Source: Felis catus
Lineage: Eukaryota
Length of the DNA stretch: 64,000 nucleotides
Direction of reading: 5' to 3'
NCBI RefSeq assembly: GCF_018350175.1
Contig: NC_058368.1
Coordinates: forward strand, 17,300,001 to 17,364,000
In this document: in pieces, positions 23,072 to 35,996 of the stretch
Position numbering within the stretch: the first letter of the stretch is position 1
Layout: every line of letters begins with the position of its first letter
Position numbers and translations under genes: made by a program
Notes under the pieces: generated by a model
The model's database searches: none
What the model was told of the DNA's origin: nothing
What the model saw: only the letters and a program-made list of their open reading frames with translations

Positions 23072-23341
23072 AAGACAAAAATATTTTAATGAAATATTTA
23101 TTTTCGTTGTCATTTTAAGATGAAACTAACAGATGAAAATATTCAGATTCTTCTGACGTAAGCACCATTATTTAAAAATAAGGTAACTTTTTCAATTAAA
23201 TAAGAAATGCTACAAACACTTTATTTTCAGGCTTAATTCTAATAGTCACAAGATTTTATTTCCCCCCCTTTTAAAGCTGTCTTTCCTACAGATTTTTCTC
23301 AAAATGCCAATATTTAAAGAAATTTACTTGAAAATTATTCT

Positions 23342-23546
23342 TTTTAATGTTTTTTTGAGCGAGACAGACAGAGCATGAACAGGGGGCAGGGGGGAAACAG
23401 AGAGAGAAGGAGACATAGAATCTGAAGGTGACTCCAGACTCCAAGCTGTCGGTGCGGAGACCGACACAAGGCTCAAACTCACAACCATGAAATCATGACC
23501 TGAGCCAAAGTCAGACGCTTAACTGACTGAGCCACCCAGATGCCCC
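23342..23546 (-). mobile_element. CanSINE (SINEC_Fc-like)
   Basis: Full length; TSD tgaaaattattct. Confidence 0.92.
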
Positions 23547-23903
23547 TATCTGAAAATTATTCTATTAACATGGCTCATTAGAAGTTTTGATTCAGCACTT
23601 AAGGATATACTAGTACAAGTACAAAGTAGAACAAGTACTAACTGCAATTTATAATTTTTCGATGACATTGGATTTGTTAACTGTTGACTGTTTATAGATA
23701 ACCTGTGACTTGAGAACATGGTATAGTGATGGTGAAGATCCTCTTGTAATGTAGTGAGAGACTCAGAGGTCCTTCAGCCTTCCCAGCTAACTGCAGTTGA
23801 CCTTGAGTTGAACCATCAGAGTGAGCCCGACATACTGCTCATAGCAACCACATATATTTAGCTCTCCAATTCTGTTCACATGGTTTCATGGAATTCTGAA
23901 GTG

Positions 23904-23905
<2 letters not shown>

Positions 23906-23934
<29 letters not shown>
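23906..23934. repeat. (CA)n microsatellite
   Basis: About 14 units. Confidence 0.95.
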
Positions 23935-23937
<3 letters not shown>

Positions 23938-24170
23938 CTGGATGTGGTCATATTGACAATCACTGAATTATATTCTTTTAAGGATCTTAGTCCCAGTAAA
24001 TGTGGAGAGAATATTGTAATTTTTTTTATTATTGGCCATTTACAACCTTGATTATCAAAGAATTCTTGACTCACAGAGTTCCTTATTTTCTAGTTAGAGA
24101 ATTTTTCTTATTTTTTATCATATGGCACATGCAGTATAACACATGTAAAAGTAAAAGTGAAGCGTTTTTT

Positions 24171-24391
24171 GGGGCACCTGGGTGCCTCAGTAGGTTAAGC
24201 CTCTGACTTTGGTTCAGGCCATGATCTTGCAGTTCATGAGTTCGAGCCCCGCATCGGGCTCTGTGCGGACAGCTCAGAGTCTAGAGCCTGCTTCGGATTC
24301 TGTGTCTCCCTCTCTCTTTCTGCCTCTCCCCCACTCATGCTCTGTCTGTCTCTCTCTCTCTCAAAAATAAACAAACATTAAAAAAAATTTA
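24171..24391 (+). mobile_element. CanSINE (SINEC_Fc-like)
   Basis: Full length; flanking repeat aaaagtgaag; ends about 350 bp before the 24740 exon. Confidence 0.93.
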
Positions 24392-24739
24392 AAAAGTGAA
24401 GAGCTTTTAAGACTGAATGAACTGTAGGAATAAGAATATTTGCAACATGAATATTAATTTACTGAGTCTTGCTTTACAAGAGGTTCTAACACAAACACAG
24501 TTCAAAGAATATATAGCAAAACCATCATGAGGTAAGAATAGAACAGAATCATGAACCCCCAATACCTACAGTAGAACCCTTTTACTGTGGCACCTGTACC
24601 CCAATCGTCCAGCTCGTGGAATCAAAGCTGGACGTAGTGGCAGGCAGAATAAATAACACACAAAAGGTTAACGACAAGGCAAACTTTAATAATCCAATTA
24701 AAAATGAAGCTAAGAAAATGATACCATGTTTTTGTGAAG

Positions 24740-24970
24740 GTATCGGCACAAGAGATGGGACTGCAGAAAAAGACAAAGACTTCAAGGGCAAAGCACAGAA
24801 ACAAGTGCAGTTCAACCCAGGCCAGACCAGGGCCACCTGGAGAGTGCGGATCATGAGCGATGGAGAACACGAGCAGTCGGAGACCTTCCAGGTGGTTCTC
24901 TCAGAGCCTGTGCTGGCTGCTCTGGAATTCCCTGCAGTGACCACGGTGGAGATTGTTGACCCTGGAGATG
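24740..24970 (+). CDS. FREM2: FREM2 internal exon (probably exon 4), 231 nt, phase 1-1; C-terminal part of Calx-beta 1
   Basis: Acceptor tgtttttgtgaag|GTATC and donor GATG|gtgaga. Peptide (S)[76 protein letters not shown](E), in frame with the flanking exons. Confidence 0.95.
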
Positions 24971-25674
24971 GTGAGAGCTGTCGCCTTGTTTGTCTCGTCG
25001 CTGTTGGGTTTTTAATGACAAAATACCTTATAAAGGAAGTTTTAAATTCAGTGTTTGGACTTGCTATGGGGGGAATGTTCTAGACTAATAGTTTCATATT
25101 CTCACGTGTGCTGATGGGAGAGGGAAACCAAAAACTAATAAGGGAAGCTATATCATTTCAAGTAAATGAACTATGTAAGCTCATATGAATTATCAGCATG
25201 TTCTTTCTCTTACTGTAATTCTGTTCTTTAGAATCAATATTGCTCATCTCATTTTTCTTGAATTCATTACTTTTTAAAGTCTTTTAAATGTCTTTTAAAG
25301 TGTCCTTTAAACAAAGAGTTTAAGAATCAGACCGTTTGGGATTAATTTGTTCCCCACGTTACACTTGATTGTTCAAGTGTTAGAATTTTTATCAGCCAAC
25401 AGTTTTCACTTGGCTGTGCGCCTCCACATTTGTTCCATAAAACCCACCGGACCCATCCCCGCTCTTTGGCGAATCGTGTCTTAAATCACTCCTCTGAATT
25501 TCTATTAGATTATGTTTTTGTCAGTGCACACCTTTGGCTGATGTTGGTAAAAGTGAACCTCACTGCTTTCATGTGTAATTTGACCTATTCCCTCCCCTTG
25601 CCATCGTTCTAAGTGCTAGCTTGTCTCCGTGCAGTCAGGAAAGGAAAAAAAAGAAAAAGAAAGAAAAAGAAAAT

Positions 25675-25676
25675 GA

Positions 25677-25744
<68 letters not shown>

Positions 25745-25746
25745 AA
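25675..25746. repeat. (GAAA)18 tetranucleotide STR
   Basis: 18 perfect GAAA units preceded by an A/G-rich tract. Confidence 0.97.
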
Positions 25747-26254
25747 AAGGTTGAATGGCTTTCTGAGGGCTGGCATTTATTCAAAGGTTGGAGAGAGTCT
25801 TCTCAAGCTGAAATCCTGTCAGAAGCCAGACGTGACTTTCTTTTTAACTGCCAGCCTACTTTATTTTGTCGGTCAGAAAACTCTTAAATTTTCTCTGAAG
25901 ATACAATCTACTGAGTACCTGAAATGGAGACCTGTGTGGAAATCTCTGGGTTAAAAGACTGAACCTAATTAGAGAGAGGGCATAAGAGAACTGGGCTCGG
26001 GGTCTGTTTGTTTAACATCTCTCTTTTAGTTAAATATGAAGTTCAATTATGCTTCTAATTCCTTTAAAGAACAGTTGGCATTTAATTACATTTAGTTTTA
26101 TCTGCATTATCTAGGAATGAATAATTAAAGTTTCTTCGAGTCTTAAGTCTTGAATAAGTGGTAGCATAATAAAGCTTCTCTCTTTTGAACCAGCCCATGG
26201 CAGCTTTAATACACATGAACTGGCCCATCAGTTAGAGTTTGTTTGAAGCCATTT

Positions 26255-26365
26255 CTTTCTTTCTTCATTTTTTTTAAGGAAGCTCTAGGTGCAGTGTGGG
26301 GCTTGAACTCACAACCCTGAAACCAAGAGTCACATGTTCTACCCTCTAAGCCAGCCAGGCACCCC
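26255..26365 (-). mobile_element. Short tRNA-Lys-like carnivore SINE
   Basis: Reverse strand reads ggggtgcctggctggcttagagggtagaacatgtgactcttgg...gagttcaagccccac; TSD tgaagccattt at 26244 and 26366. Confidence 0.85.
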
Positions 26366-26537
26366 TGAAGCCATTTTTTGATACTTTATTTGCCAGTTGG
26401 TATAATTGTCATTGTTTACCTTGAGGAATAAGTCACTTAAACTCATCCATCCCTTTCTATTTCTCAGAATAGGGTAACACTCTATACTCTGTACCCATAG
26501 TAGATCTGAGAAGTGGAATATTAAAATACGTACATAC

Positions 26538-26538
<1 letters not shown>

Positions 26539-26583
<45 letters not shown>
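26539..26583. repeat. (CA)n microsatellite
   Basis: About 22 units. Confidence 0.95.
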
Positions 26584-26584
<1 letters not shown>

Positions 26585-27692
26585 CTTTGCCATAGTGCCA
26601 TTTAATGTAACGGTCATCAAAGTTGCTATAGAATTTTCTAGATGACATTCAGCCCTAGTCATTCCAGGCCATGATCATTCCTATCATAACTGACAAGTGT
26701 CTCATAACGCCTGGTATATTCCATGTTTTGTTGAAGACCATTGGTCTTAAAGTTATAAGATCTGAGTTTGATTCCCAATTGTACCATTTCTAGTTTTACG
26801 ACCTTAATCAAATCAAACACCTTTTCTTAAGATTTAGTTTCCTAATGCACAAAATAAGAAAAATTAATGAGTCTCATGTTGCATCATTCTTGTGAAAGAA
26901 TTCTATACAACATAAACACAATACTACTGTTGTTATTTCTAGTATCACAAATAACATTGTTAGATTTCATCTTAAGAGATTAAAGAGCCCTGTTCCCCAC
27001 CATTAAAGGGTCACTCTCCCTACCATTTCAAAATTTTGACTGTTTCTTTCTACACTCTCTTGTAACTCTTCACATAGAAATTTGCTAGCCCTAGGAACTA
27101 TTATGCCTCTAACCTTCCCCTCTATGTATTAGTTCTAGGTCGTGTTATGAGATTCTATTTTGCATGCATTCAAAATGTGTTCAGCTCGTATGTGTGCTGG
27201 GTACAGCGCTATGTGTTAGGGATGCAAAGATAATAGGATAGAAATCTTTCTGTCAAAGAGCCTATGGTCTAATGGGAAAGAGAGCCCTACCAATAAATGA
27301 TTGCAATAGAATGTGATGTGATGCAATAAAGTATAAACAAAGTGTTATGGCAGCAAGAAAAGGAAATAACCACCACTGCTTCATTTTAGTCTGGAAATTG
27401 TTTACTAGCCAGTTAATAAAAGAGCTTTTCCCAGTTCCTTACTTACCCATAACAGCTACAGATAATGATAATAATTGAAATTCATCACATACTCACTACC
27501 GACAAACAGCACAATTAACACATTTTATATACATTCTTTCACTCCCTATTATCTCCATACTTGTAGATCTTTTTACTTGGTTGGTTTATAGAATGCTCAC
27601 AATTTTACATGTGACAAATTTTAGAATACTTGCTCCCATGTTTTGTGACAAAACAAACAAAACAAACAACTTACTAACATAAGCTCTCTCTT

Positions 27693-27695
<3 letters not shown>

Positions 27696-27728
<33 letters not shown>
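27696..27728. repeat. (CA)n microsatellite
   Basis: About 16 units after a short CT tract. Confidence 0.95.
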
Positions 27729-27729
<1 letters not shown>

Positions 27730-27856
27730 GCATATACATACATACATCCTGAATTCTCACATGTTCATAATTATACTCTTATAATACTCTATCCATTTAT
27801 ATTTTTTAACTTACATAGTTGTGATTTAGGTAAAGATTTTAAATGACTCTGCGTTT

Positions 27857-28072
27857 AAAAAAATTTTTTAATGTTTTATTCTTGAGAGAGAGACAGAGAC
27901 AGAGCATGAGCGAGGGAGGGGCAGAGTGAGAGAGGGACACAGAATCCAAAGCAGGCTCCAGGCTCTGAATCGTCAGCACAGAGCCTGACGTGGGGCTCAA
28001 ACTCAACGAGCCGTGAGATCATGACCTGAGCCAAAGTCAGACGCTCAACAGACTGAGCCACCCAGGCGCCCC
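27857..28072 (-). mobile_element. CanSINE (SINEC_Fc-like)
   Basis: Full length; TSD tgact(c/a)tg(c/t)gttt. Confidence 0.94.
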
Positions 28073-28594
28073 TGACTATGTGTTTTATTCAATACATGAG
28101 TATCTACATCTACTGCAGAGATATGACATACACTTAAGTAGTTACTTATCTAGCCTCAAGTACTATTCAGTACCCATATGGATGTTCTGTAATATGTCTC
28201 ATGCCTCCAGATGTTTTGAATGTCTGGCTGGGAACACATGGTTCCAAGAACACAGCCTGGTTTCTGGCTGGAAAGCCAAGCTCTGTGGTCAATAGAAATG
28301 ACCATTCTCTAAGGAGTGGGTCCAGTCACTATGTCTTCCTGCATCCTGTGTGCAAGAAGGCAGCCTGCCTCAAAGGGCAGTCACCCCTGGGAGCAAGTGC
28401 ACCCCATTCCTCATCCCTGGACACCCTGGGTGGCCATGAATGGAAGGGAGCTAATCTCCTACAGTTCACATGCAAATCTCATTGCCATGTTGGTACTTGC
28501 CTTGCCAGTGAGAGAGGGGCCATGCAGGGACAGCTCAACTGTCAGATGGGACTTCAGAAGCCCACATTTTTGTCTAGAACGTATTTTTTGAGAT

Positions 28595-28826
28595 CTTTTT
28601 TCAGTTTTTTTAAAAAGTTTATTTATTTATTTTGAGAGAAAGAGAGAAAGAGAACCAGCGACAGTGGGGAAGGGCAGAATGAGAGAGGGAGAGAGAGAAT
28701 CCCAAGCAGGCTGCATGCCGTTAGCCACGAGCCTGATGTGGGGCTCAATCCCACAAACCATAAGATCATGACCTGAACTGAAACCAAGAGTTGGGTGCTT
28801 AACCGACTGAGCTACTCAGGCACCCC
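28595..28826 (-). mobile_element. CanSINE (SINEC_Fc2-like)
   Basis: gagaatcccaagcaggc and gaaaccaagagt motifs on the reverse strand. Confidence 0.9.
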
Positions 28827-29275
28827 TAGAACAGACATATTTTGTCACATGAAAAAAGAGGACTGAAAACGGAGAACTTTTCCTTCTACTTAACAAAGTG
28901 CTATGGGCGCACAAAAGAGGGACACACCATTCTGCCATGATTGTAGGGATCAATAGCTTTCTAGACAAATGGGGTCATTTAGTCATTTATTGAGTAAATC
29001 AATCAATTCACTGTCCTCAAAAATTGAAGTCTGCGATACAAAGAGGAAAACTAGAATAAGAAGAAAACAGACTGCTAAACAGAGATGTTAATCTCTCTTT
29101 GGCATACTTTGTCCCAGGTTCTTGTGGCCTTGGAGGCACTCCCATGGAAAATCTGCTCTTATTGTCAAGATTTTTACCTTACTTTTCAGTCGTCTATCAC
29201 TGTTACCTTTCCTTGTTTCAGTTTGATTCCACAGTCTCCATCCTTTACAAATGCAGTTCCAGTTGGGATGGGTTT

Positions 29276-29492
29276 AAAAAAATTTTTTTTTAATATTTAT
29301 TTATTTTTGAGAGAGAGAGAGAGAGAGAGAGCAAGCAGGGGAGGGGTAGAGAGAGGAGACACAGAATCCAAAGCAGGCTCCAGGCTCTGAGCTGTTAGCA
29401 TAGAGCCTGACGCAGGGCTTGAACTCACAGACTGCGAGATCATGACTTGAGCCAAAGTCAGACGCTTACTCGATTGAGGCACCCAGGCGCCC
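29276..29492 (-). mobile_element. CanSINE (SINEC_Fc-like)
   Basis: Full length; TSD tggga(t/g)gggttt. Confidence 0.94.
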
Positions 29493-31674
29493 TGGGAGGG
29501 GTTTTAAAGTGCATAAACCATTTAACTTGTTGTCTGGGTGAGGAACCTGAGAAATAGTGCCATCCTTAAATCTCTGCCTCAATCGACCACTTGGTCGATT
29601 GGTTGTCTTTAGCGTTGTCAGAGATGGGTGAGATTACCCTTTATCTGAGGGCGGTAACAATTAGCTGTGGTGGAAAGACCCTCTGTGACCAGGCTGGACT
29701 GAATCAACAGCAGACAGCAGATGGCCATAAGACAAGAAGGGCTTTGAAGAAATTTCGGGTCACTGTTACTCCTTCTGCCCTTTTTTCCTAACCTAACCCA
29801 GAGAATTCCAAAAGGATTATTCCATAGGTCAAGGGTAAGATAGTAATCACAATGCCAATCTCTACCATATTTGAATATCCACGGTTGAGCCAAACCCTGC
29901 ATTAGGAGCTGGGCAATCATATCTCATGTAAACCTGTGATTGATATGTCAATTTCCAAATCGGATCTCTGAGGCTCAAAGAATGTATTTCCCCAAAGTCC
30001 TCTGCTAATAAGTGCCAGAACCAGGGTTTGAATATATAGAGATTTTTTTCTACGAAGCCCTTCTCTCTATTCTCTGAGTTTTGCAGTCTTCTGTCATTTC
30101 TCGTGACTGAAAAGAAATAATATCCTAATTAAACCACATGCTTTGCCAACAGCAGCATTGTCTCACCCATTCTTGTGTATAAAACGAACAAACAGACCCA
30201 AGAACAAAGTGATTCCTTCTCTTCTTATTCTATTAATTTTCCCTTTATATATCAAGCCAAAAATATATTAGTACAGGTGAACAAAACCAAGTGTTCTAGA
30301 AAGATAATCAAGACTGCTTCAGCATTATGTATCTGTACGTTCAACAGCTGTTTATTGAGTTTTTGCTACATGCCAGGAATTCTGCTAAGAGGTAGGGATA
30401 CGGGTGCTACGGTGAAGAAGGCATACTAATTTTGAAAGGGTATCATTAGGTGATTACACTCCACAAAATTATTATAACTAACAATGTACAATGTTATGTG
30501 CTGTGATAAAGGAGCAATCAGCACCCACAGGAGAAGCCTGAAAGAAGATTCTCGATTCCCTGTTTATTCGGTTCCCTAACTGTCAGACATAACACCATTT
30601 CTTCTCACTCTGAGAAGCATCTAGATATTATTTAACATTAAGCATTCTCATTTCTGTTAAGAGGAAAATAGGTAAGAGCTAAAACTTATTTTACATTAAG
30701 ATCCCATTCCTTTTTTACCTTGTATAATTTCTAACCAGAGTAAATTAGTTTTTTGTACTTTACTAGGAGACTACAACCTCAGATACAGGTATTCGAGTAC
30801 AGATCCCGAACGTAGATGTCTAAAGTCCCGAAGTATTTCGTGCAATTATTTACTATGTACATACTTGAAGTATCTGCAAACTTCTGATTGAAAGGGGCTC
30901 GTTCTGATACCTTTATGATACCAAAAATCAACCATGAACCCAGGGAGTTAAATATTTGATCTGTGTAATCATTTTCTGTATGACGAGATTAGGTTAATTC
31001 TGTATAATATACAGTAGAGAATAAACATACCATTCCAAAGAAAAGTAGAACTTTAATGTCAAGAATGCTAATCTTATTGGCTACAAAGAAAAGGCAAACT
31101 TTTGTGTGCTGAGTGAGCCAACCCGTTTCATGCAGTAGAATTCAGATGACATAGGCTGTAACATGAAACACAAACATTAATTATTCTTTCTAAAAGTTGG
31201 TACTGTTGTCACAGTTGACATAGGGAGATCGTTGGCTACCAAATTTGAAGGTCCAGAATTAATGAAATGGTAATCCACGGCAGCTATGACACCAAAATGA
31301 GAAAGAAGCATGAAAAAATTCAATTTCAGTGAGAGTGGAAGTTTTTTTTTTTTTCCTTTTTGAATCCTGTTGCCGTGAAGCACAGGTCATTGTCTTAAGA
31401 GAAGCAAACAATTTGAAATACCGGCTAAAATTACAGCACACATCTGTACATTTCTGGCACCAAAAGGTGGATATGAAAAAAGGTGGTGTAAAATAAAGCC
31501 ATTGTAGTGTTGTAAAACTTCCTGAAAGTTTCTACATTCACAAAATAAAAACTTTTAACGATATGCACAAAGATTACCCCAAGATTCACTCTTACCAACA
31601 TTTGCCTAGTGCTAAAGGATAATTTTTGGATCTCACGGCATCCTGTTGTGAGCTTGTAATACTTACTATCATGT

Positions 31675-31866
31675 GGGGTGCCTGGGTGGCTCAGTCAGTT
31701 GAGCGCCTGACCAGCTCAGGTCACGATCTCATGGTTCCTGAGTTCGAGCCCCACATGGGCTCACTGCTGTCACCGCAGACCCCACTTCTGATCTTCTGTC
31801 CCCCCTCTCCCTCCTCACTCGTGCTCTGTCTCTCAAAAATAAATAATAAAGAACATTAAAAAAAAA
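31675..31866 (+). mobile_element. CanSINE
   Basis: tRNA-like head with B box gttcgagccc, CT tract and A tail. Confidence 0.9.
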
Positions 31867-32581
31867 CCCTTCCATTAAAAAAACACTTGTAAGCATGTTA
31901 TTTAGATGTTTTCATTACTCTCATTTGTGTCTTTTTCAAGTCCCTGTTGAATTATCCTGTACTAATTACTATGTCTGTTTGAGAGTGAAAAACAGACCGT
32001 AGAAATGTAAGAGAGCTGTCCAAGATCAAACGTATCAGGGACAGACTTGCTACTCAGTGCCACTTGTCGAGCAGGCTGAGGACAGCATGGTAGCCTGAGG
32101 AGGTACCGGAACATCTTCTGTGTTACTTTTGAATGTTCCAGACTTTCTAAAGACAACAAACACTCAGTGCCTTTGTCCATGCACTGCCTTTGCTTTCTCT
32201 GTTCTATTGTAACAGAGATTTTTAGAAGATAATTTGTTCCATCTTGGTTTTAGTAGAATCTGGTTTTTTTTTTAATCTGTTCAGTATAATTGAGAAAAGA
32301 CTGGCATGAACAGTAGCTTTCAAATGTAACTACAACTATTTTATTTCTGAGAACAAAAGTCATTTTTGGCCAAAGTTACAGCACAGTCAAACCTAAAAAT
32401 AAAAACTGTAATTGCAGCTCAAAGCACTCGTTACAATCGAGTTGCAGTGACTAATGACGAATGCATTCACTTTACTCAGCTTCATCTTTGCACTTACAGA
32501 ATAATGAAACCAATCTGAAACTATAAAAGTAACACATGTTCATTGTCAAGAATTCTGAAAGATTTAAAGAAGTAAAAGCCA

Positions 32582-32810
32582 GGGGTGCCTGGGTGGCACA
32601 GTCGGTTAAGCATCTGACTCTTGATCTCAGTTCAGGTCGTGATCTCACGGTTCATGTGTTCGAGTCCCACAGGGGGCTGATGGTGTGGAGCCTGCTTGGG
32701 ATTCTCTCTGTTCCTCTCTCTGCCCCTCCCCTGCTCACGTGTAACCTCTCTCTCTCTCTCTCTCCCCCCCCAAAATAAATAAGTAAACATTAAAAAAAAT
32801 TTTAAGAAAA
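32582..32810 (+). mobile_element. CanSINE (SINEC_Fc2-like) with internal deletion
   Basis: gactcttgatctcagttcaggt and gtggagcctgcttgggattctc motifs, A tail. Confidence 0.9.
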
Positions 32811-33364
32811 GGAAATAAAAGTCACTCATAGACCTACTACATGGGAAAGCCAGTGTTAAGGGTTAGAGAGGATGACCCTGTAGTCATTTTTGTCTACGTA
32901 TCTCTATTTGCTTAGCAGAGTTTACTATTTCTATAATACCACTCTTGCTTTGTCTTTCAAAGAACACCCTCCCAGAGACTGCTATGGTTTCCATCTAATG
33001 GGCTAGTTGGGATCTGACATATGATATGCTGCTATATTACATAATACAGGTGTTATATTCATAAGCATATTATTGTACATTTATGCATGTAACTTCTATA
33101 ATACTTCTGTAACTTTGTCAGTATGACCATCATGCAGATTTTGTTCCTTACATAACACTTTTATAAGTTTATATATAGAATTCTATGAATACATTAGATG
33201 TCTAAACAAATTTTCAAATACTTGTTTTTAGCTTCCTTTGTTCTGCTTCTGCTGTCCCCGCCAGCTTTTTAGCAGTAATTTATGTCTCTTATAAGCTCAG
33301 TTGGGCCTTCTGGCCTAAGTGCAGCTGCCGGCCGATCCGAGCGCTCTTCTCTCACAAGTGGATC

Positions 33365-33830
33365 ATAGCAGTTACTCTCTTGGGCTTTGAGATGGACTTC
33401 TTGGGTTCAAATATGGGTATCACTACCTACCGGCCTAAGCTTCGGCCGGTTTTGAACCTCTGTGTGCCTCATGCCCTCAGAGATAAAATGACAATCATAA
33501 TAGTTCTTACGTGAAAGGATTGTTGCCAGGATAAAACTAGCCGATATGTGTGGAGTGTTTAATGTTTATTTATTTCTAAGAGAAAAAGAGAGACAGTGTG
33601 CAAGCGGGGGAGGGGCACAGAGAGAGAGACACACACAGAATCCGAAGCAGGCTCCAGGCTCTGAGCTGTCAGCACAGAACCCGACACGGGGCTCGAACTC
33701 ACGAACTGTGAGATCATGACCTGAGCTTAAGTCGGCACGCTTCACCGACTGAGCCACCCAGGCATCCCTCACGTAAAGTGTTTAGAATAGGGCTTTGCAA
33801 ATAGTTAAGAATCCCATACATATGAGCTAA
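33365..33830. mobile_element. MIR relic interrupted by a minus-strand CanSINE (33558-33768)
   Basis: MIR core (tgggttcaaat, aacctctgtgtgcctca, taaaatgacaatcataatagt) resumes after the SINE as cgtaaagtgtttagaatag. Confidence 0.75.
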
Positions 33831-34140
33831 TAATTTTTAAGGCTGATAAAAAAACAAATGCCACTTTCAGGGGTTTTAAAAAGTTATGCTTACTTGAGGC
33901 AGTCTGTGTATAAGCTCTCCTGTATATATAAAATGAAGTTGAAAAATGATATGAACTGGAAAAACCTAGCAGGAAAGCCTTTCCTCATCTCGCCTTTTCC
34001 AGTTTCTCCCATAGATGCACATTTCTGCCCACATTAGGTCAACGAAAGACCTAAATGTGGTGCTGGACCTGTTTACCCCCTTTCAGACCAAGTGTAGGAG
34101 TGAGTTTCAGAGCTAAAAGCAAGCTCTGGACCCCTGGGGG

Positions 34141-34169
<29 letters not shown>

Positions 34170-34171
<2 letters not shown>

Positions 34172-34333
34172 CTTCCTATTCTCATAAAGGTACTAATCCC
34201 AAAATGAGGGCCCCTCCCTCATGACCTCATCTAAACCTAATTACTTCCCAACTGTCCCCACCTCCATATATCATCACTTTGAGGGTTAGGACTTCGATGC
34301 ATAAATTTTGAGGGACACATTCAGTCCACAGCA
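34170..34333. mobile_element. MLT1A-like ERVL-MaLR LTR fragment
   Basis: actaatccc...gagggcccctccctcatgacctcatctaaacctaattacttccca...gggttagg...gggacacattcagtccacagca. Confidence 0.75.
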
Positions 34334-34356
34334 AACTTTAATAAAGAAACAAAACT

Positions 34357-34535
34357 GGGGCCCCTGGGTGGCTCAGCCGGTTAAGCGTCCAACTCTTGAT
34401 TTTGGCTTAGGTCGTGATCTCATGGTTGTGAGATGAGCCCTGAGTTGCGCTCCACACTGGTGGAGTCTGCTTGGGGTTGTCTCTCTCCCTCTCCCTCTGC
34501 CCCTCCCCCACTCACTTTCTCCCCCGACCCCCAAC
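34357..34535 (+). mobile_element. CanSINE (SINEC_Fc2-like) lacking the usual A tail
   Basis: TSD aaagaaac(a/c)aaact at 34343 and 34536 directly abuts a truncated CT region. Confidence 0.88.
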
Positions 34536-35051
34536 AAAGAAACCAAACTTTCTGTAATATTTCTACGAATGCCATTGGAGTAAATGACCTGAGGACTGCC
34601 AAAACCTAGGTGGTACCAAACTTAATTTCCATGAAAAGAAACTCATTGGGACTCATTGAAGACCCGACTTGAATATTTCGTGGCACCTTGTGTATTTTTT
34701 CTAATGAAGCGCTATGATGATTTCTATATTGAAATTTTATGTTTGGTAAAATCCCACTTCATACTAGTAGGAATAATTTTGCCCTTAAAAAAACTCCTCT
34801 TATAAATAAACAAGATATTTCTCTAGATGTCACTCTGTTCCCATTTACAGCAAACATTTTTAAGTGTCTGTGCCTGCTGTCTTCTCAGTTTCTCTCCTCC
34901 AATTCCTTCAGGCTTTTGTCCCCTCCACTCCACTGAAACAGTTCTTATAAAGGTAACCAGTAATTTCCCTTTGCTAAATCCAATGATCGATTCTCAGCTT
35001 TCTTGACTTGTCAGCAGCACTTGAGACATTTGATTGTTCTCTGGTGTTTAT

Positions 35052-35071
35052 GTTTTTTATTTATTTTTGAC

Positions 35072-35102
<31 letters not shown>

Positions 35103-35268
35103 ACACGAGTGGGGGAGGGGCAGAGAGAGAGGGAGACTGAATCTGAAGCAGGCTCCAGGCTCTGAGCTGTCAGCACAGAGCCCGATGCGGGGCTAGAACT
35201 CATGAACCACAATATCATGACCTGAGCTGAAGTCTGACGCTTTACCGACAGAGCCACCCAGGGGCCCC
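35052..35268 (-). mobile_element. CanSINE (SINEC_Fc-like) inside L2
   Basis: Full-length consensus body on the reverse strand. Confidence 0.93.
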
Positions 35269-35996
35269 TTCGTTCCCTGTTTCTGAAAACACTTTTTGCA
35301 CTTGACCTCCAGTATCCACACACTCCCTCGGTTGTTCTCATCCCTGGGACCCTTGCTCAGCCTTCCTTATCTCCCTGACCTCCAACTGCCCCGAGGTTAG
35401 TGCTTGGATCCATTGTCTTCTTTATCTACAATCCCTCCCTAACTGATTTTATTCTGACTCAGACTTCACCTACAGCAAAATGCTGGTGCCTCGCACTTTT
35501 CTATTTTTCTATTTCCAATCTGGACCTGTCCGCTGAAATCCAGGATTGTATGCTCAGCTGGCTCGTTTGACATCTCAGCTAAAATTCAAACCTCAATTTT
35601 AATATGCCCAAAATGAAACTCCTGATCTGCGCCCCACATCTGATTCTCCTGCAGTCTCTATAAACAGCAATGTCATCTTTCTGGCCGGTCAAGATAGCAA
35701 AGCTTGGAATCACCCTTGACTCCTCTGCTCTCTCACGTACCACATCTGATCCGTCAGAAAATTCTTTTGGCTTTTCCTTTGTATGTCCTGCACACAGCCG
35801 TGTTATCCCAGCTCCACTGCCGCCGCCTGGTCGTCTGCCGTGATCTCTCTCCTAGACGGCTGTAAAGCCTAACTGAGCTCCTGGCCAGCTCCTGGGCCCT
35901 CAGTGTCTCTTTATCTGACAGCGGCCAAAAATAACGTCCTTAAGATATGGCAGCTTACAGCATCCCCGTGTTTAAAGCCTTCTCCTGCTTTTATAT

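Noticed and set aside
24616..25083. 155-aa ORF extending beyond the exon on both sides, with a hydrophobic C-terminal stretch
   Set aside because: Only 24740-24970 resembles FREM2 and is bounded by splice sites; the extensions are open intron frame with a GTG start.
25613..25954. Lys/Glu/Arg-rich ORFs
   Set aside because: Translation of the (GAAA)n repeat.
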